This document shows positions 47,770 to 56,470 of a stretch of DNA of 64,000 bases, piece by piece. Within the stretch, counting starts at the first letter, position 1, and each line of letters opens with the position of its first letter. The notes below the pieces were generated by a model, which saw only the letters and a list, made by a program, of their open reading frames with translations, did no database searches and was not told where the DNA came from. This stretch comes from Candidatus Hecatella orcuttiae (GTDB lineage Archaea > Thermoproteota > Bathyarchaeia > Hecatellales > Hecatellaceae). The stretch lies in contig MTLY02000001.1 in assembly GCA_002011035.2 (NCBI GenBank), positions 224,001 through 288,000 on the forward strand, written 5' to 3'. The position numbers were made by a program, and so were the translations under genes.

Positions 47770-48360
47770 CTACAAGACCCCCTTGAGGCTGGGCGGCTTT
47801 TTCTCCTCCGCCTCCCTCAACCTCGCTGCCTCTGCCAATGCTCGGCCTAAGGCCTTGAAGGCAGCTTCAGCCTTGTGGTGACTGTTTAAGCCGCGGATGG
47901 CTACGATATGCAGGTTGAAGCGGCCTCCTTCCGCCAGCGACCTGAAAAAGTGGTCCACCATCTCGGAGGAAAGCTCCCCCAGCTTCGGCTCCTTGAACCT
48001 CAGGTTGGAGCGGTAGTAGGGTCTCCCTGAAAGGTCTATGGAGACCATTATCAGGGCGTCGTCCATGGGTAGGACGGCGCTTCCGAAGCGGTTGATTCCC
48101 TTCTTGTCGCCGAGGGCCTTATCCAAGGCCTGCCCTAGGACCAAGCCTAAGTCCTCCACCATATGGTGGTCGTCGTAGACGGGGCCTTTTTCTTCGGCTG
48201 AGGCTTCGAGGGTGAAGGAGCCGTGGAAGGCCATGGACCTAAGCATGTGCTCTAAGAAAGGCTTGCCCACCTGCAGCTTAACCTCTCCGGGCTTGTCGAG
48301 GTTGACCGCTACCTTGACGTAGGTTTCCTCCGTCTTCCGTTCAACCTTAGCCTGCCGCAT
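47770..48360 (-). CDS. hisB: Imidazoleglycerol-phosphate dehydratase
   Basis: [29 protein letters not shown]. Confidence 0.95.
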   Translation of the reverse strand: MRQAKVERKTEETYVKVAVNLDKPGEVKLQVGKPFLEHMLRSMAFHGSFTLEASAEEKGPVYDDHHMVEDLGLVLGQALDKALGDKKGINRFGSAVLPMDDALIMVSIDLSGRPYYRSNLRFKEPKLGELSSEMVDHFFRSLAEGGRFNLHIVAIRGLNSHHKAEAAFKALGRALAEAARLREAEEKKPPSLKGVL

Positions 48361-49075
48361 TCCTAACTATCTCCTTCGCTTCCTTTAACGTAAAGACTCC
48401 CTCATATAAGGCCCTTCCAACCACAGCGCCCCAGACTCCCGCCTTTGCCAAGTGGAGGAGGTCTTGAAGGGAGGACACTCCACCCGCGTAGATGACGGGT
48501 TTATCCGTAGAGTCTACAACCTTTCTAACCAACCCCGTATCCAGTCCGCTTAACGTCCCTTCCACATTCACATCCGTGTAGAGAAAAGCCGCCACCTCCT
48601 GCCGGGTGAAGAACCGTATGAGGTTGAAGGGGGAACCTGCTGCCTCTGCAGTCCAGCCTCTGGTCACCACCCTCCCCCCTCTGGAGTCTAAGGCCACGAT
48701 AACCCGGTCGCCGCCTACACGGTTTAGGAAGACTGAAATCGCCTGAGGTCTTTCCACGGCGACGGTTCCCAGGATAACCCACCGAGCCCCCGCCTCCACC
48801 AGTTCCCGGGCGTCCTCCACCCGCCTGATGCCGCCGCCTACTTCCACAGGGATGCGGAGGCTTCTGATGATTTTTTTCACGGTTTCCCTGTTTTTCCTGC
48901 TGCCTGTGAAGGCCGCGTCTAGATCTACCACGTGGAGAATTTCCGCTCCTTCCGCTTCCCAAGCCTCAGCTACTTTCAAGGGATCGTCCGAGATCTCCCG
49001 CCCTGTTCCGGGTTTTCCTTGGACAAGTTTGACGCATTTTCCATCTTGGATGTCGACGGAGGGTATCACCTTCAT
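48347..49075 (-). CDS. hisA: ProFAR isomerase
   Basis: IPSVDIQDGKCV, HVVDLD, GGGIR, YAGGV. Confidence 0.94.
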   Translation of the reverse strand: MKVIPSVDIQDGKCVKLVQGKPGTGREISDDPLKVAEAWEAEGAEILHVVDLDAAFTGSRKNRETVKKIIRSLRIPVEVGGGIRRVEDARELVEAGARWVILGTVAVERPQAISVFLNRVGGDRVIVALDSRGGRVVTRGWTAEAAGSPFNLIRFFTRQEVAAFLYTDVNVEGTLSGLDTGLVRKVVDSTDKPVIYAGGVSSLQDLLHLAKAGVWGAVVGRALYEGVFTLKEAKEIVRNAAG

Positions 49076-49098
49076 CGGCTGGGGGCGCTTCCCTTCTT

Positions 49099-49969
49099 TC
49101 ACGGGACAACCCTCTCCACGGGTAGGACTATGATGTCTCTGGCTCCAGCCGTCTTAACCGAGCTTATGACATGGGGGATTTCCCCCTCCTCGACAACAGA
49201 GTACACCTCCCACATGGGGACGGGAGCCTCAACCTTCGCCAACGTGGGGCCGCCCATGGAAGGGAGGACACCTAGAACCCGCTGCAGAGCTTCTTCGGGA
49301 ACGTTCATCATCAGGAGCTTCTTTTTTCTAGCCATTAAAACACTTCGGAGAGCGGTGGTGATTTCCTTTATCTTCTCTCCTTTCTCCGCCAAGGCCTTCT
49401 TGTTGACTATTAGCCTAGCCGAGGACCTCAGAACCTCCTCCACAATCCTCAGACCGTGAATTTTCAAGGTGGCCCCGGTGTCGACGATGTCTAACACAGC
49501 CTCTGCCACATTCATAAGGGGCGTGATCTCTACGGCTCCTGAGACCTTCACTATCTTAGCCTTCATACCTTTAACCTTGAGGTAGTTGCCGGCTATGGAA
49601 GGATATTTGGTGGCAATTCTAGTCTGAGCGGTTAGGTTTCGGGGAGACTCTATCCCTGACTCTTCAGGGGCGGCTAGAACTATCCGGCAGCCTCCGAACT
49701 CCAAGTCAAGAAGCTCAGCCACTTCCGCTCCGCTTTCCACGACGTAATCGTAACCTGTGACGCCCAAGTCTACTGCTCCTCCTTCCACCAACGTCGGTAT
49801 GTCCGAGGCTCTGGCTAGGACTATGGAAAGCCAAGGAATCACCGTGGATAGGTAAAGAGAGCGTGTTTTCCAGTTTGATGGCGCTAGGCCTGCTTTCGTT
49901 AAGAGTCTGACGGAGGGCTTGTGAAGGCGGCCTTTGTTGGGTATGGCGATGGTTATTCGGATTTTTCAT
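49099..49969 (-). CDS. hisG: ATP phosphoribosyltransferase, long form; the ATG at 49969 is out of frame with the body, which opens at 49965
   Basis: In-frame KIRITIAIPNKGRL upstream of the track ORF; RASDIP, DLGVTG, IATKYP, DIVDTG and a C-terminal regulatory domain. Confidence 0.88.
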
Positions 49970-49989
49970 CCCTTCTTGTGGGAAATTTG

Positions 49990-50003
49990 TGGGTTTAAAC
50001 CCA
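49990..50003. promoter_or_regulatory. Perfect 14-bp palindrome TGGGTTTAAACCCA, candidate operator over the his TSS
   Basis: Lies about 25-35 nt downstream of the minus-strand TATA at 50026-50019, between hisG and a divergent regulator. Confidence 0.55.
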
Positions 50004-50018
50004 TAATATACACATAAG

Positions 50019-50026
50019 TATATAAA
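50019..50026. promoter_or_regulatory. Possibly bidirectional TATA box shared by the his operon and the regulator gene
   Basis: Reads TATATAAA on plus and TTTATATA on minus. Confidence 0.55.
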
Positions 50027-50056
50027 CTTTCCCGCACCAATACATAGTATTACAAG

Positions 50057-50473
50057 GTGAGAGCTACGCGCATCTCAGAAATCATCCGCATAGACAACCG
50101 AGGAAGAGTGATCATCCCCGCTTCCATCCGAGAAGCCTTCGGCCTGAGAGAAGAAGCCTATGTAATGTTGATGGCGGACTTGGAAAGCCAAGAAGTGAAA
50201 TTCATCCCCTTCGCCGACCCCGACGCCAAGCTCTTCGAAGTAAAACTCTCCCTCACCGACGTGCGGGGGGCGCTGGCCAAGGCAGCCATGAAAATGGCGG
50301 AGCTGGGAGTAGACCTCCTCTCCACCCAATCCAGAACCCTGCAAAGGGGAAAGTCCGCCGAGTGGCATGCCATCGTCGACCTCTCCAAGTGCAAGCTTAC
50401 GCTGGGCGAGCTTAAGCGCAAGCTGGTGGAAGAGGGAGCTGCTAAACACGTGGAGATAAAACAGTTCGGGTGA
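50057..50473 (+). CDS. AbrB/MazE/SpoVT-type DNA-binding protein with C-terminal ACT domain
   Basis: IDNRGRVIIPASIREAFGL AbrB motif; DVRGALAK..MAELGVDL ACT motif. Confidence 0.87.
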   Translation: MRATRISEIIRIDNRGRVIIPASIREAFGLREEAYVMLMADLESQEVKFIPFADPDAKLFEVKLSLTDVRGALAKAAMKMAELGVDLLSTQSRTLQRGKSAEWHAIVDLSKCKLTLGELKRKLVEEGAAKHVEIKQFG

Positions 50474-50558
50474 ATTTTGATTCGTGAAATGTAAAAGCTT
50501 AAAAAGTTAAGTTGTGATTATTATACCTACATTTGAAGAAGGTACGATGATTTAGAAA

Positions 50559-50732
50559 ATGAAAGTCAAATGCCCTGAATGCGGCGCGGAATTCGACGCT
50601 CCCGACGACGTGATAGTAGGGGAAATCGTCAGCTGCCCGGACTGCGGCTTAGAGCTTGAAGTCAGCAGCATCCAGTCTGGAAAAGTCGACGTTAAAATTG
50701 TCAGAATTTCCGGCGAAGACTGGGGGGAATGA
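50559..50732 (+). CDS. lysW: Amino-group carrier protein LysW (below the ORF track cutoff)
   Basis: MKVKCPECG...CPDCG...EDWGE, 57 aa. Confidence 0.96.
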   Translation: MKVKCPECGAEFDAPDDVIVGEIVSCPDCGLELEVSSIQSGKVDVKIVRISGEDWGE

Positions 50733-50735
50733 TCA

Positions 50736-51590
50736 GTCACCTCCATAGGCATCCTCTACGATCAGATCCGTTGGGAAGAAAAAGCCATAATCGAAACCGC
50801 CAAGTCTAGGGGAACACCTGTTAAGCTCTTAGACTCGAAATCGATGTTCTTCGAACTGGGAGCCCGGGAGCGCGGAGGAGAAAAATTCGCCGACATAATT
50901 CTCCAACGCTGCGTAAGCTATTTCAGAAACCTTCACCTCACCGCCCTCCTAGAGAAAAGAGGCTACACAGTCGTTAACCCTTACAAGGTTACCCAGCTCT
51001 GCGGCAACAAGCTTCTGACAACCCTCGCCTTGACAAAGGCTAAGATACCGACCCCTAAAACCTACGTAGCCTTCACCAAAGAGAGCGCGTTGGAAGCCTT
51101 GGATAAAATGGGCTACCCGGCGATGTTGAAGCCTGTGGTGGGAAGCTGGGGGAGACTCATCATCCCCTTGAAGGACAGGGAGACAGCGGGAGCCGTCTTG
51201 GAGGAAAGGGAGTACATGTTCCCCCTCTACCAAGTTTACTACCTTCAGGAAATGGTCAAAAGGCCGCCGAGGGACATCAGGGTCTTCGTCATCGGAGACG
51301 AGGCAGTGACAGGCATCTACCGTTATTCCTTCTTGGACATCAAGACCAACATCGCCCGGGGAGGAAAAGCTGAACCTTGCCGCATAACTCCTGAGCTTCA
51401 AGAGCTAAGCCTCAAGGCAGCGGAGGCTGTGGGCAGCGGAATTCTCGGAGTTGACATGATGGAAACCGATGAGGGAATCGTGGTACATGAAATTAACCAC
51501 ACCATCGAATTTCAGGCAACCGCCACGGTGACGAAGGTCAACATACCTAAATACATCGTAGGCTATTTGCTTAGAAAAGCCAGAAAATAG
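50736..51590 (+). CDS. lysX: LysW-ligase LysX/ArgX (RimK ATP-grasp); no canonical start for the conserved N-terminus
   Basis: In-frame VTSIGILYDQIRWEEKAI upstream of the track ORF; KPVVGSWG, RDIRV, NIARGG, HEIN. Confidence 0.9.
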   Translation, partial: VTSIGILYDQIRWEEKAIIETAKSRGTPVKLLDSKSMFFELGARERGGEKFADIILQRCVSYFRNLHLTALLEKRGYTVVNPYKVTQLCGNKLLTTLALTKAKIPTPKTYVAFTKESALEALDKMGYPAMLKPVVGSWGRLIIPLKDRETAGAVLEEREYMFPLYQVYYLQEMVKRPPRDIRVFVIGDEAVTGIYRYSFLDIKTNIARGGKAEPCRITPELQELSLKAAEAVGSGILGVDMMETDEGIVVHEINHTIEFQATATVTKVNIPKYIVGYLLRKARK

Positions 51591-51611
51591 CTGCAGGCGA
51601 GGGCTCAGCCT

Positions 51612-52670
51612 ATGCTTCGAGTAGGCGTCATCGGAGGCTCAGGTTACACCGGAGGAGAACTTCTCAGGCTGCTTTTGGGCCACCCCCAAGTTGAAATAGC
51701 TCAGACAACCTCCAGAGAATACGGCGGCGAATACGTTTTCCGAGTTCACCCCAACCTCAGAGGGCTGACCAGCCTCCAGTTCGCCAAACCAGACTTGGAG
51801 AAGACGGTGAAGGAATGCGACCTTGTCTTCACGGCGACCCCCCACGGAGTTTCCTCCAAGCTTGTTCCCCGGCTGCTGGAGGCGGGGTTGAAGGTGATAG
51901 ACTTGAGCGCAGATTTCAGGCTGAAGAATCCTGAGGGCTACCCCCAATGGTACGGCTGGAGTCACCCTCACCCCGAACTGCTTCAGAAAGCCGTCTACGG
52001 CGTTCCTGAACTTCACCGGAGCGACATAGGGAAAGCTCAGCTTGTCGCTTGCCCGGGCTGCATGGCTGTGGCCAGCATTCTGGCTTTAGCCCCAGCGGCC
52101 AAAGAAAGGCTTTTCGAAGAGGACAAGGTTGTGGTCGACGTTAAGATCGGGTCTTCAGGAGCCGGAGCCAAACCCTCCCGGTCAACCCACCATGCTGAGA
52201 GAGCCGGCGTCATCCGGCCTTACAAGCCCACAGGTCACAGGCATACGGCGGAGATCGAGCAGGAGTTGAACTGGGTTGCAGGCTCCGGGGCGGTGAAGAT
52301 TTCCATGTCCGCCCACGCCGTCAACGTTGTGAGAGGCATCCTCGCCACCGCGCATCTTTTCCTGAAAGAGAAGATAGGGCTGGCGGAGGTTTGGAAAGCC
52401 TACCGGGGGTTCTACCAGAACGAGCCCTTCATCCGCTTGGTCAGGGATAAGAAAGGCCTCTACAAGCTTCCCGACCCCAAAACCGTCATCGGCTCCAACT
52501 TCTGCGATATAGGCTTCGACTTGGATAAGCATGTCAACAGGCTGGTGGTCTTGGGGGCTATCGACAACCTGATGAAGGGAGCCGCCGGCATAGCCGTTCA
52601 AAACCTTAACCTGATGATGGGCTGGGATGAAAGAACCGGGTTACTGCCGCCTGCCCTCTACCCTGTCTGA
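51612..52670 (+). CDS. lysY: LysW-aminoadipate/glutamate phosphate reductase (ArgC-like)
   Basis: GGSGYTG, DLSADFRL, ACPGC, DNLMKGAAG. Confidence 0.92.
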   Translation: MLRVGVIGGSGYTGGELLRLLLGHPQVEIAQTTSREYGGEYVFRVHPNLRGLTSLQFAKPDLEKTVKECDLVFTATPHGVSSKLVPRLLEAGLKVIDLSADFRLKNPEGYPQWYGWSHPHPELLQKAVYGVPELHRSDIGKAQLVACPGCMAVASILALAPAAKERLFEEDKVVVDVKIGSSGAGAKPSRSTHHAERAGVIRPYKPTGHRHTAEIEQELNWVAGSGAVKISMSAHAVNVVRGILATAHLFLKEKIGLAEVWKAYRGFYQNEPFIRLVRDKKGLYKLPDPKTVIGSNFCDIGFDLDKHVNRLVVLGAIDNLMKGAAGIAVQNLNLMMGWDERTGLLPPALYPV

Positions 52671-52801
52671 CGGCTTCCCTACCCTGCTCCCGGTCATTTT
52701 TGCCTCGAGGTTGAAGGCTGAGTTTTCAGCTATAGGTTTAAGAAGACGGCTTCATTTTGTTCTGGTTCATGAAGAAGAAGGGTTCCTACCGCGGCAATGC
52801 A

Positions 52802-53383
52802 ATGGATAGACTAGTGAGGATAGCTGAGGAGGGGGGAGCCGCGGAGGTCAAGGTCATCAACGCCAAGGACATCGTTGTGGATAAGAGGGTTAGGATGAAA
52901 TGTGCCATTCCCCCATGCAACCAGTACGGGAAAAACCTGATGTGCCCGCCTTACGTCATGTCCGTGGAAGAGTTCACCCAAATCCTCGGTAAATACAGAA
53001 AAGCCTTGCTGGTTCAGCTTGAAACTAACACCGACTCCTCAGACAAAGCGGACGCGCCCCTCACAGGAGAGCTTATAGAAACGCTAGAGGAAAAAACAGG
53101 CCTAGCAGAATGGTCGCTGAAGCTCCATAGGCTGATAAACCTCCTTGAAACCGAAGCTTTCAAGCTAGGGTTCCCCTTCGCCACAGGCTTCACTTGCGGA
53201 CACTGCCGCCTCTGTGAAGAATGCGTGCCCCCCGGGAACCCTTGCCGAAAACCCTTTGAGGCTAGGCCTTCCATGGAGGCCATGGGCATCGACGTCTCCA
53301 AGACCTGTGAAAAAGCTGGCATTCCGGTTTCCTTTTCTTCAAACCGAGCCATAAAGTTGACAGGGCTGGTCTTGCTTTATTAG
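52802..53383 (+). CDS. Cys-rich metal-binding protein (DUF2284-like)
   Basis: KC..PCNQYG.NLMCPP, GHCRLCEEC, CRKP..ARPSMEAMGID. Confidence 0.8.
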   Translation: MDRLVRIAEEGGAAEVKVINAKDIVVDKRVRMKCAIPPCNQYGKNLMCPPYVMSVEEFTQILGKYRKALLVQLETNTDSSDKADAPLTGELIETLEEKTGLAEWSLKLHRLINLLETEAFKLGFPFATGFTCGHCRLCEECVPPGNPCRKPFEARPSMEAMGIDVSKTCEKAGIPVSFSSNRAIKLTGLVLLY

Positions 53384-53477
53384 CTGCGAAGCTTCTGACT
53401 GAAAGCTAAAATACGCCTTCAGACTTTTCTAAAAGGAACCGCGAATTACCAGCGACGGTTCTCAGGAAGGTTTCAGA

Positions 53478-54296
53478 TTGGCTGACAGGTTCCTTGTGGT
53501 AAAGGTGGGGGGCAGCCTTCTCAAATCAGGTTTTCCTCCCACGCTACTGAAAGACCTGAAAAGCGCGGCCCTAAACCATCGGCTCACCCTCGTCCACGGA
53601 GGGGCGGCTCTGGTTACGGAGACCGCCCAGAAGATGGGGAAAGAGCAGAAGTTCATCGTTTCTCCCGATGGAATGAAAAGCAGGTACACCGACAGGGAGA
53701 CCATGGAAGTCTACACCATGGTCATGGCGGGTAAAATCAACAAGCAGGTCGTGGCTTTTCTGCAGAGCGGAGGGGTTAACGCCATAGGCCTCAGCGGGGC
53801 GGACGGCCAGCTTCTCAGAGCTTCCAGAAAGAAAAAACTCATCATCTTGGATGAAAGGGGAAGAAAAGTGGCTATTGAAGGCGGCTACACGGGGAAAATC
53901 GAAGAGGTGAACCCCCAGCCTCTCCGCTGCCTGATGGACTTGGGCTACATGCCTGTGGTGGCCCCCATAGCCGTGGACGATGAGTTCCAGCTTCTAAACG
54001 TAGACAGCGACAGGGCTGCCGCCTACATAGCCAAAGCCCTGAAGGCTGACTGCCTCATCCTCTGCACCGATGTGGAGGGACTTATCCTCAACGGCGCTCT
54101 CGTCAAAAGGCTGAAGCTGGAAGAGGCTCGGGAAAACCTCCCCAAGATCGGGCATGGTATGAGAAAGAAGATTTACGCTGCGGTGGAAGCCTTAGAAGGA
54201 GGCGTCAGAGAAGTGGTGGTGACGAAGGGCGCCTTGGAAACCCCCCTAACCTCAGCTTTAAACCATGAGGCGGGAACCCTCATTGTCCCTCAGTAG
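53478..54296 (+). CDS. lysZ: LysW-aminoadipate/glutamate kinase (ArgB-like)
   Basis: VKVGGS, VHGG, SRYTD, GGYTG, NVDSDRAA. Confidence 0.92.
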   Translation: MADRFLVVKVGGSLLKSGFPPTLLKDLKSAALNHRLTLVHGGAALVTETAQKMGKEQKFIVSPDGMKSRYTDRETMEVYTMVMAGKINKQVVAFLQSGGVNAIGLSGADGQLLRASRKKKLIILDERGRKVAIEGGYTGKIEEVNPQPLRCLMDLGYMPVVAPIAVDDEFQLLNVDSDRAAAYIAKALKADCLILCTDVEGLILNGALVKRLKLEEARENLPKIGHGMRKKIYAAVEALEGGVREVVVTKGALETPLTSALNHEAGTLIVPQ

Positions 54297-55485
54297 AGAT
54301 GAGATAATCCGCTGGGAAAACAGCCAGCTGGCCGACGTCTACCACCGGAGAAACCTCGCCGTAGTCCGGGGTAAGGACGCCCTCATCTGGGATGCGGATG
54401 GAAAGCAGTACATCGACTGCATGGCCGGCTTCGGCGCTGCTTTCATAGGCCACTGCAACGAAAAAGTGGTAAAGGCCCTTCAAACCCAAGCTGAGAAACT
54501 CATAGCATGCCACGGGTCCCTCTACAGTGAGGCTAGAGCTCAGCTTCTCCGAAAATTGGCCTCCATAGCTCCGAAGGGGTTGGACAAAGTTTTTCTGTCC
54601 AACAGCGGCTCCGAAGCCGTGGAGCTGGCTTTAAAGGTTTCAAGAAAGTTCACGGGAAAGAAAGAGTTCATAGCCATGATGAGAAGCTACCATGGGAAAA
54701 CCATGGGCTCCCTCTCCGTCACCTGGAACGCCAAATACCGAGCTCCCTTCGAGCCGCTCATTCCCCAGGTGAAATTTGTTCCCTATGGGCGGTCGGAGGA
54801 AGTCAGGAAAGCCCTGACGGCTGACACAGCCGCCATCATCGTGGAGCCAGTTCAGGGAGAAGGCGGAGTCTACGTGGCTCCGGAAGGCTACCTGAAGGAA
54901 CTCAGGGAGCTGGCCGACCGCCAAGGGGCACTGCTGATCTTCGATGAAATTCAAACAGGCTTCGGGAGAACTGGAAAGATGTTCGCCCTCGAACACTGGA
55001 ATGTCACCCCCGACATCCTGTGTCTGGCAAAGGCAGCGGGCAGCGGTGTCCCCATAGGCATCACCCTAGCTGGCGAGGAGGTCATGGGCTCGCTGAAGAT
55101 AGGGGAACACTCCGCCACCTTTGGGGGAAACCCCCTCTCCTGCATTGCAACCGTCGCCACCATCGACGTGCTGGTGGAAGGACGACTCTGGGAGGCAGCA
55201 GCTCGCTTAGGGAAGCACTTCTCAAGCCGTCTAAGAGAGCTGGGTGAAAGACATAGAATTGTAAGGGAGGTCCGAGGCTTAGGCTTGATGCTGGGGATGG
55301 AGCTTCGCTTCGACGTCTTGGACATCCTTAACAAGATGCTGGAGAAGGGGGTTCTGATAATGAACGCGGGGGTGAAGACTCTCCGTTTTCTCCCTCCCTG
55401 CGTAATCTCCCCAAGCCAATTGGATACCGTCGTCGAGAAGCTGGAAGAATGTCTGAGGGAAAAAGAAGCATCCATAGCTAGATAA
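54283..55485 (+). CDS. lysJ: LysW-semialdehyde aminotransferase (ArgD-like)
   Basis: SNSGSEA, EPVQGEGG, DEIQTG, LAK, TFGGNP. Confidence 0.9.
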   Translation: MSLSRDEIIRWENSQLADVYHRRNLAVVRGKDALIWDADGKQYIDCMAGFGAAFIGHCNEKVVKALQTQAEKLIACHGSLYSEARAQLLRKLASIAPKGLDKVFLSNSGSEAVELALKVSRKFTGKKEFIAMMRSYHGKTMGSLSVTWNAKYRAPFEPLIPQVKFVPYGRSEEVRKALTADTAAIIVEPVQGEGGVYVAPEGYLKELRELADRQGALLIFDEIQTGFGRTGKMFALEHWNVTPDILCLAKAAGSGVPIGITLAGEEVMGSLKIGEHSATFGGNPLSCIATVATIDVLVEGRLWEAAARLGKHFSSRLRELGERHRIVREVRGLGLMLGMELRFDVLDILNKMLEKGVLIMNAGVKTLRFLPPCVISPSQLDTVVEKLEECLREKEASIAR

Positions 55486-55507
55486 ACGTGAAAGGAGGTG
55501 CAGTAGA

Positions 55508-55669
55508 ATGGAGGAAGTGAAAGTTCTGCTTCAAATCGACGGGAAGATCGTGCCTCTCAACCGGTTCGCCCAGCGGATATTTCAAACCACTTTGGAAGGG
55601 ATGGTCTCAGCCCTGAAAGGCATACCCCCTGCCTACCGGGAGCTGTCCCTCTCGATTAAAAAGAAGTAA
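55508..55669 (+). CDS. 53-aa protein resembling a stand-alone MobB C-terminal domain (below the ORF track cutoff)
   Basis: AGGAGGTG SD; MEEVKVLLQIDGKIVPLNRFAQRIFQTTLEGMVSALKG... Confidence 0.7.
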   Translation: MEEVKVLLQIDGKIVPLNRFAQRIFQTTLEGMVSALKGIPPAYRELSLSIKKK

Positions 55670-55677
55670 AACAGCCT

Positions 55678-56460
55678 TCAGATGAAAAGATCGTATTTTG
55701 CAGGCCTGACCAACTCGCCGGCTCCCGCGTCCTCACTTTCTTGGTAAGGGTATCCTCGGATAACCACTACCGGCAACGCCTCAGCCGCTTCGCCCATGAG
55801 TAGCTCTCCCGCCGAGGCCAGCTCATCGGCTACGGCTATCTCCTTCACCTTCAACGTGTAGCCGAACAGGTCTTTTTCTCCCTTTCTGTCGTGGATGGGC
55901 CTCAGGCCCGCAACGCCTATGGCGACATTGACTTGCCCCATCCTGAAGGGCCTTCCAAACGTGTCTGTTATAATCACAGCCAGCTTTTTCCCGGACAGTT
56001 TCATGAGCTGCTCTCTCAATTTTCTGGCAGAAGCATCTGGGTCTCTGGGAAGAGTTGCCACCGCGTCTCCGCCGGAAACATTGGAGAGGTCGACGCCTGA
56101 GTTGGCGCATATGAGGCCGTGGCGTGTTTGGGTGATGAGGTGGCCTCTGCGAAACCTTACAATGCTTTTAGCCTCTTGGAGGATGATTTCCGCCATCCCC
56201 ACTGGTTTTTGAATCCGCTCAGCCACGATTTCAGCCATGGCGCTGGGTTTCACGGATTTTAATCTCACCACGGAGCCTTCAGCCTTGGAGATGACGACTT
56301 GAGCGACGACGATGATGTCCCCGTCTTCAAGACGTATTCGCTGCTTTTTTGCGGTCTTCCAAATAAGCGCGGCCACGTCGTCCCCAGGTTTGACTAGAGG
56401 CATGCCGGGGATGGGGATTATCTCGATTTTCCGGGGGGACGGCATAGGCAAACCTGTCAA
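55678..56460 (-). CDS. cofE: Coenzyme F420-0:L-glutamate ligase
   Basis: SKAEG, ANSGVDLSN, TDTFGRPFR, ADELASA. Confidence 0.92.
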   Translation of the reverse strand: MTGLPMPSPRKIEIIPIPGMPLVKPGDDVAALIWKTAKKQRIRLEDGDIIVVAQVVISKAEGSVVRLKSVKPSAMAEIVAERIQKPVGMAEIILQEAKSIVRFRRGHLITQTRHGLICANSGVDLSNVSGGDAVATLPRDPDASARKLREQLMKLSGKKLAVIITDTFGRPFRMGQVNVAIGVAGLRPIHDRKGEKDLFGYTLKVKEIAVADELASAGELLMGEAAEALPVVVIRGYPYQESEDAGAGELVRPAKYDLFI

Positions 56461-56470
56461 CTTCCCTTTT

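Noticed and set aside
50541-50558. GGTACGATGATTTAGAA as a LysM (Lrp) box, and ATG-ATT-TAG as a minigene before lysW
   Set aside because: The similarity is to a remembered Sulfolobus motif, but the spacing differs and it lies downstream of the TATA box. GATGA is more simply the lysW SD.
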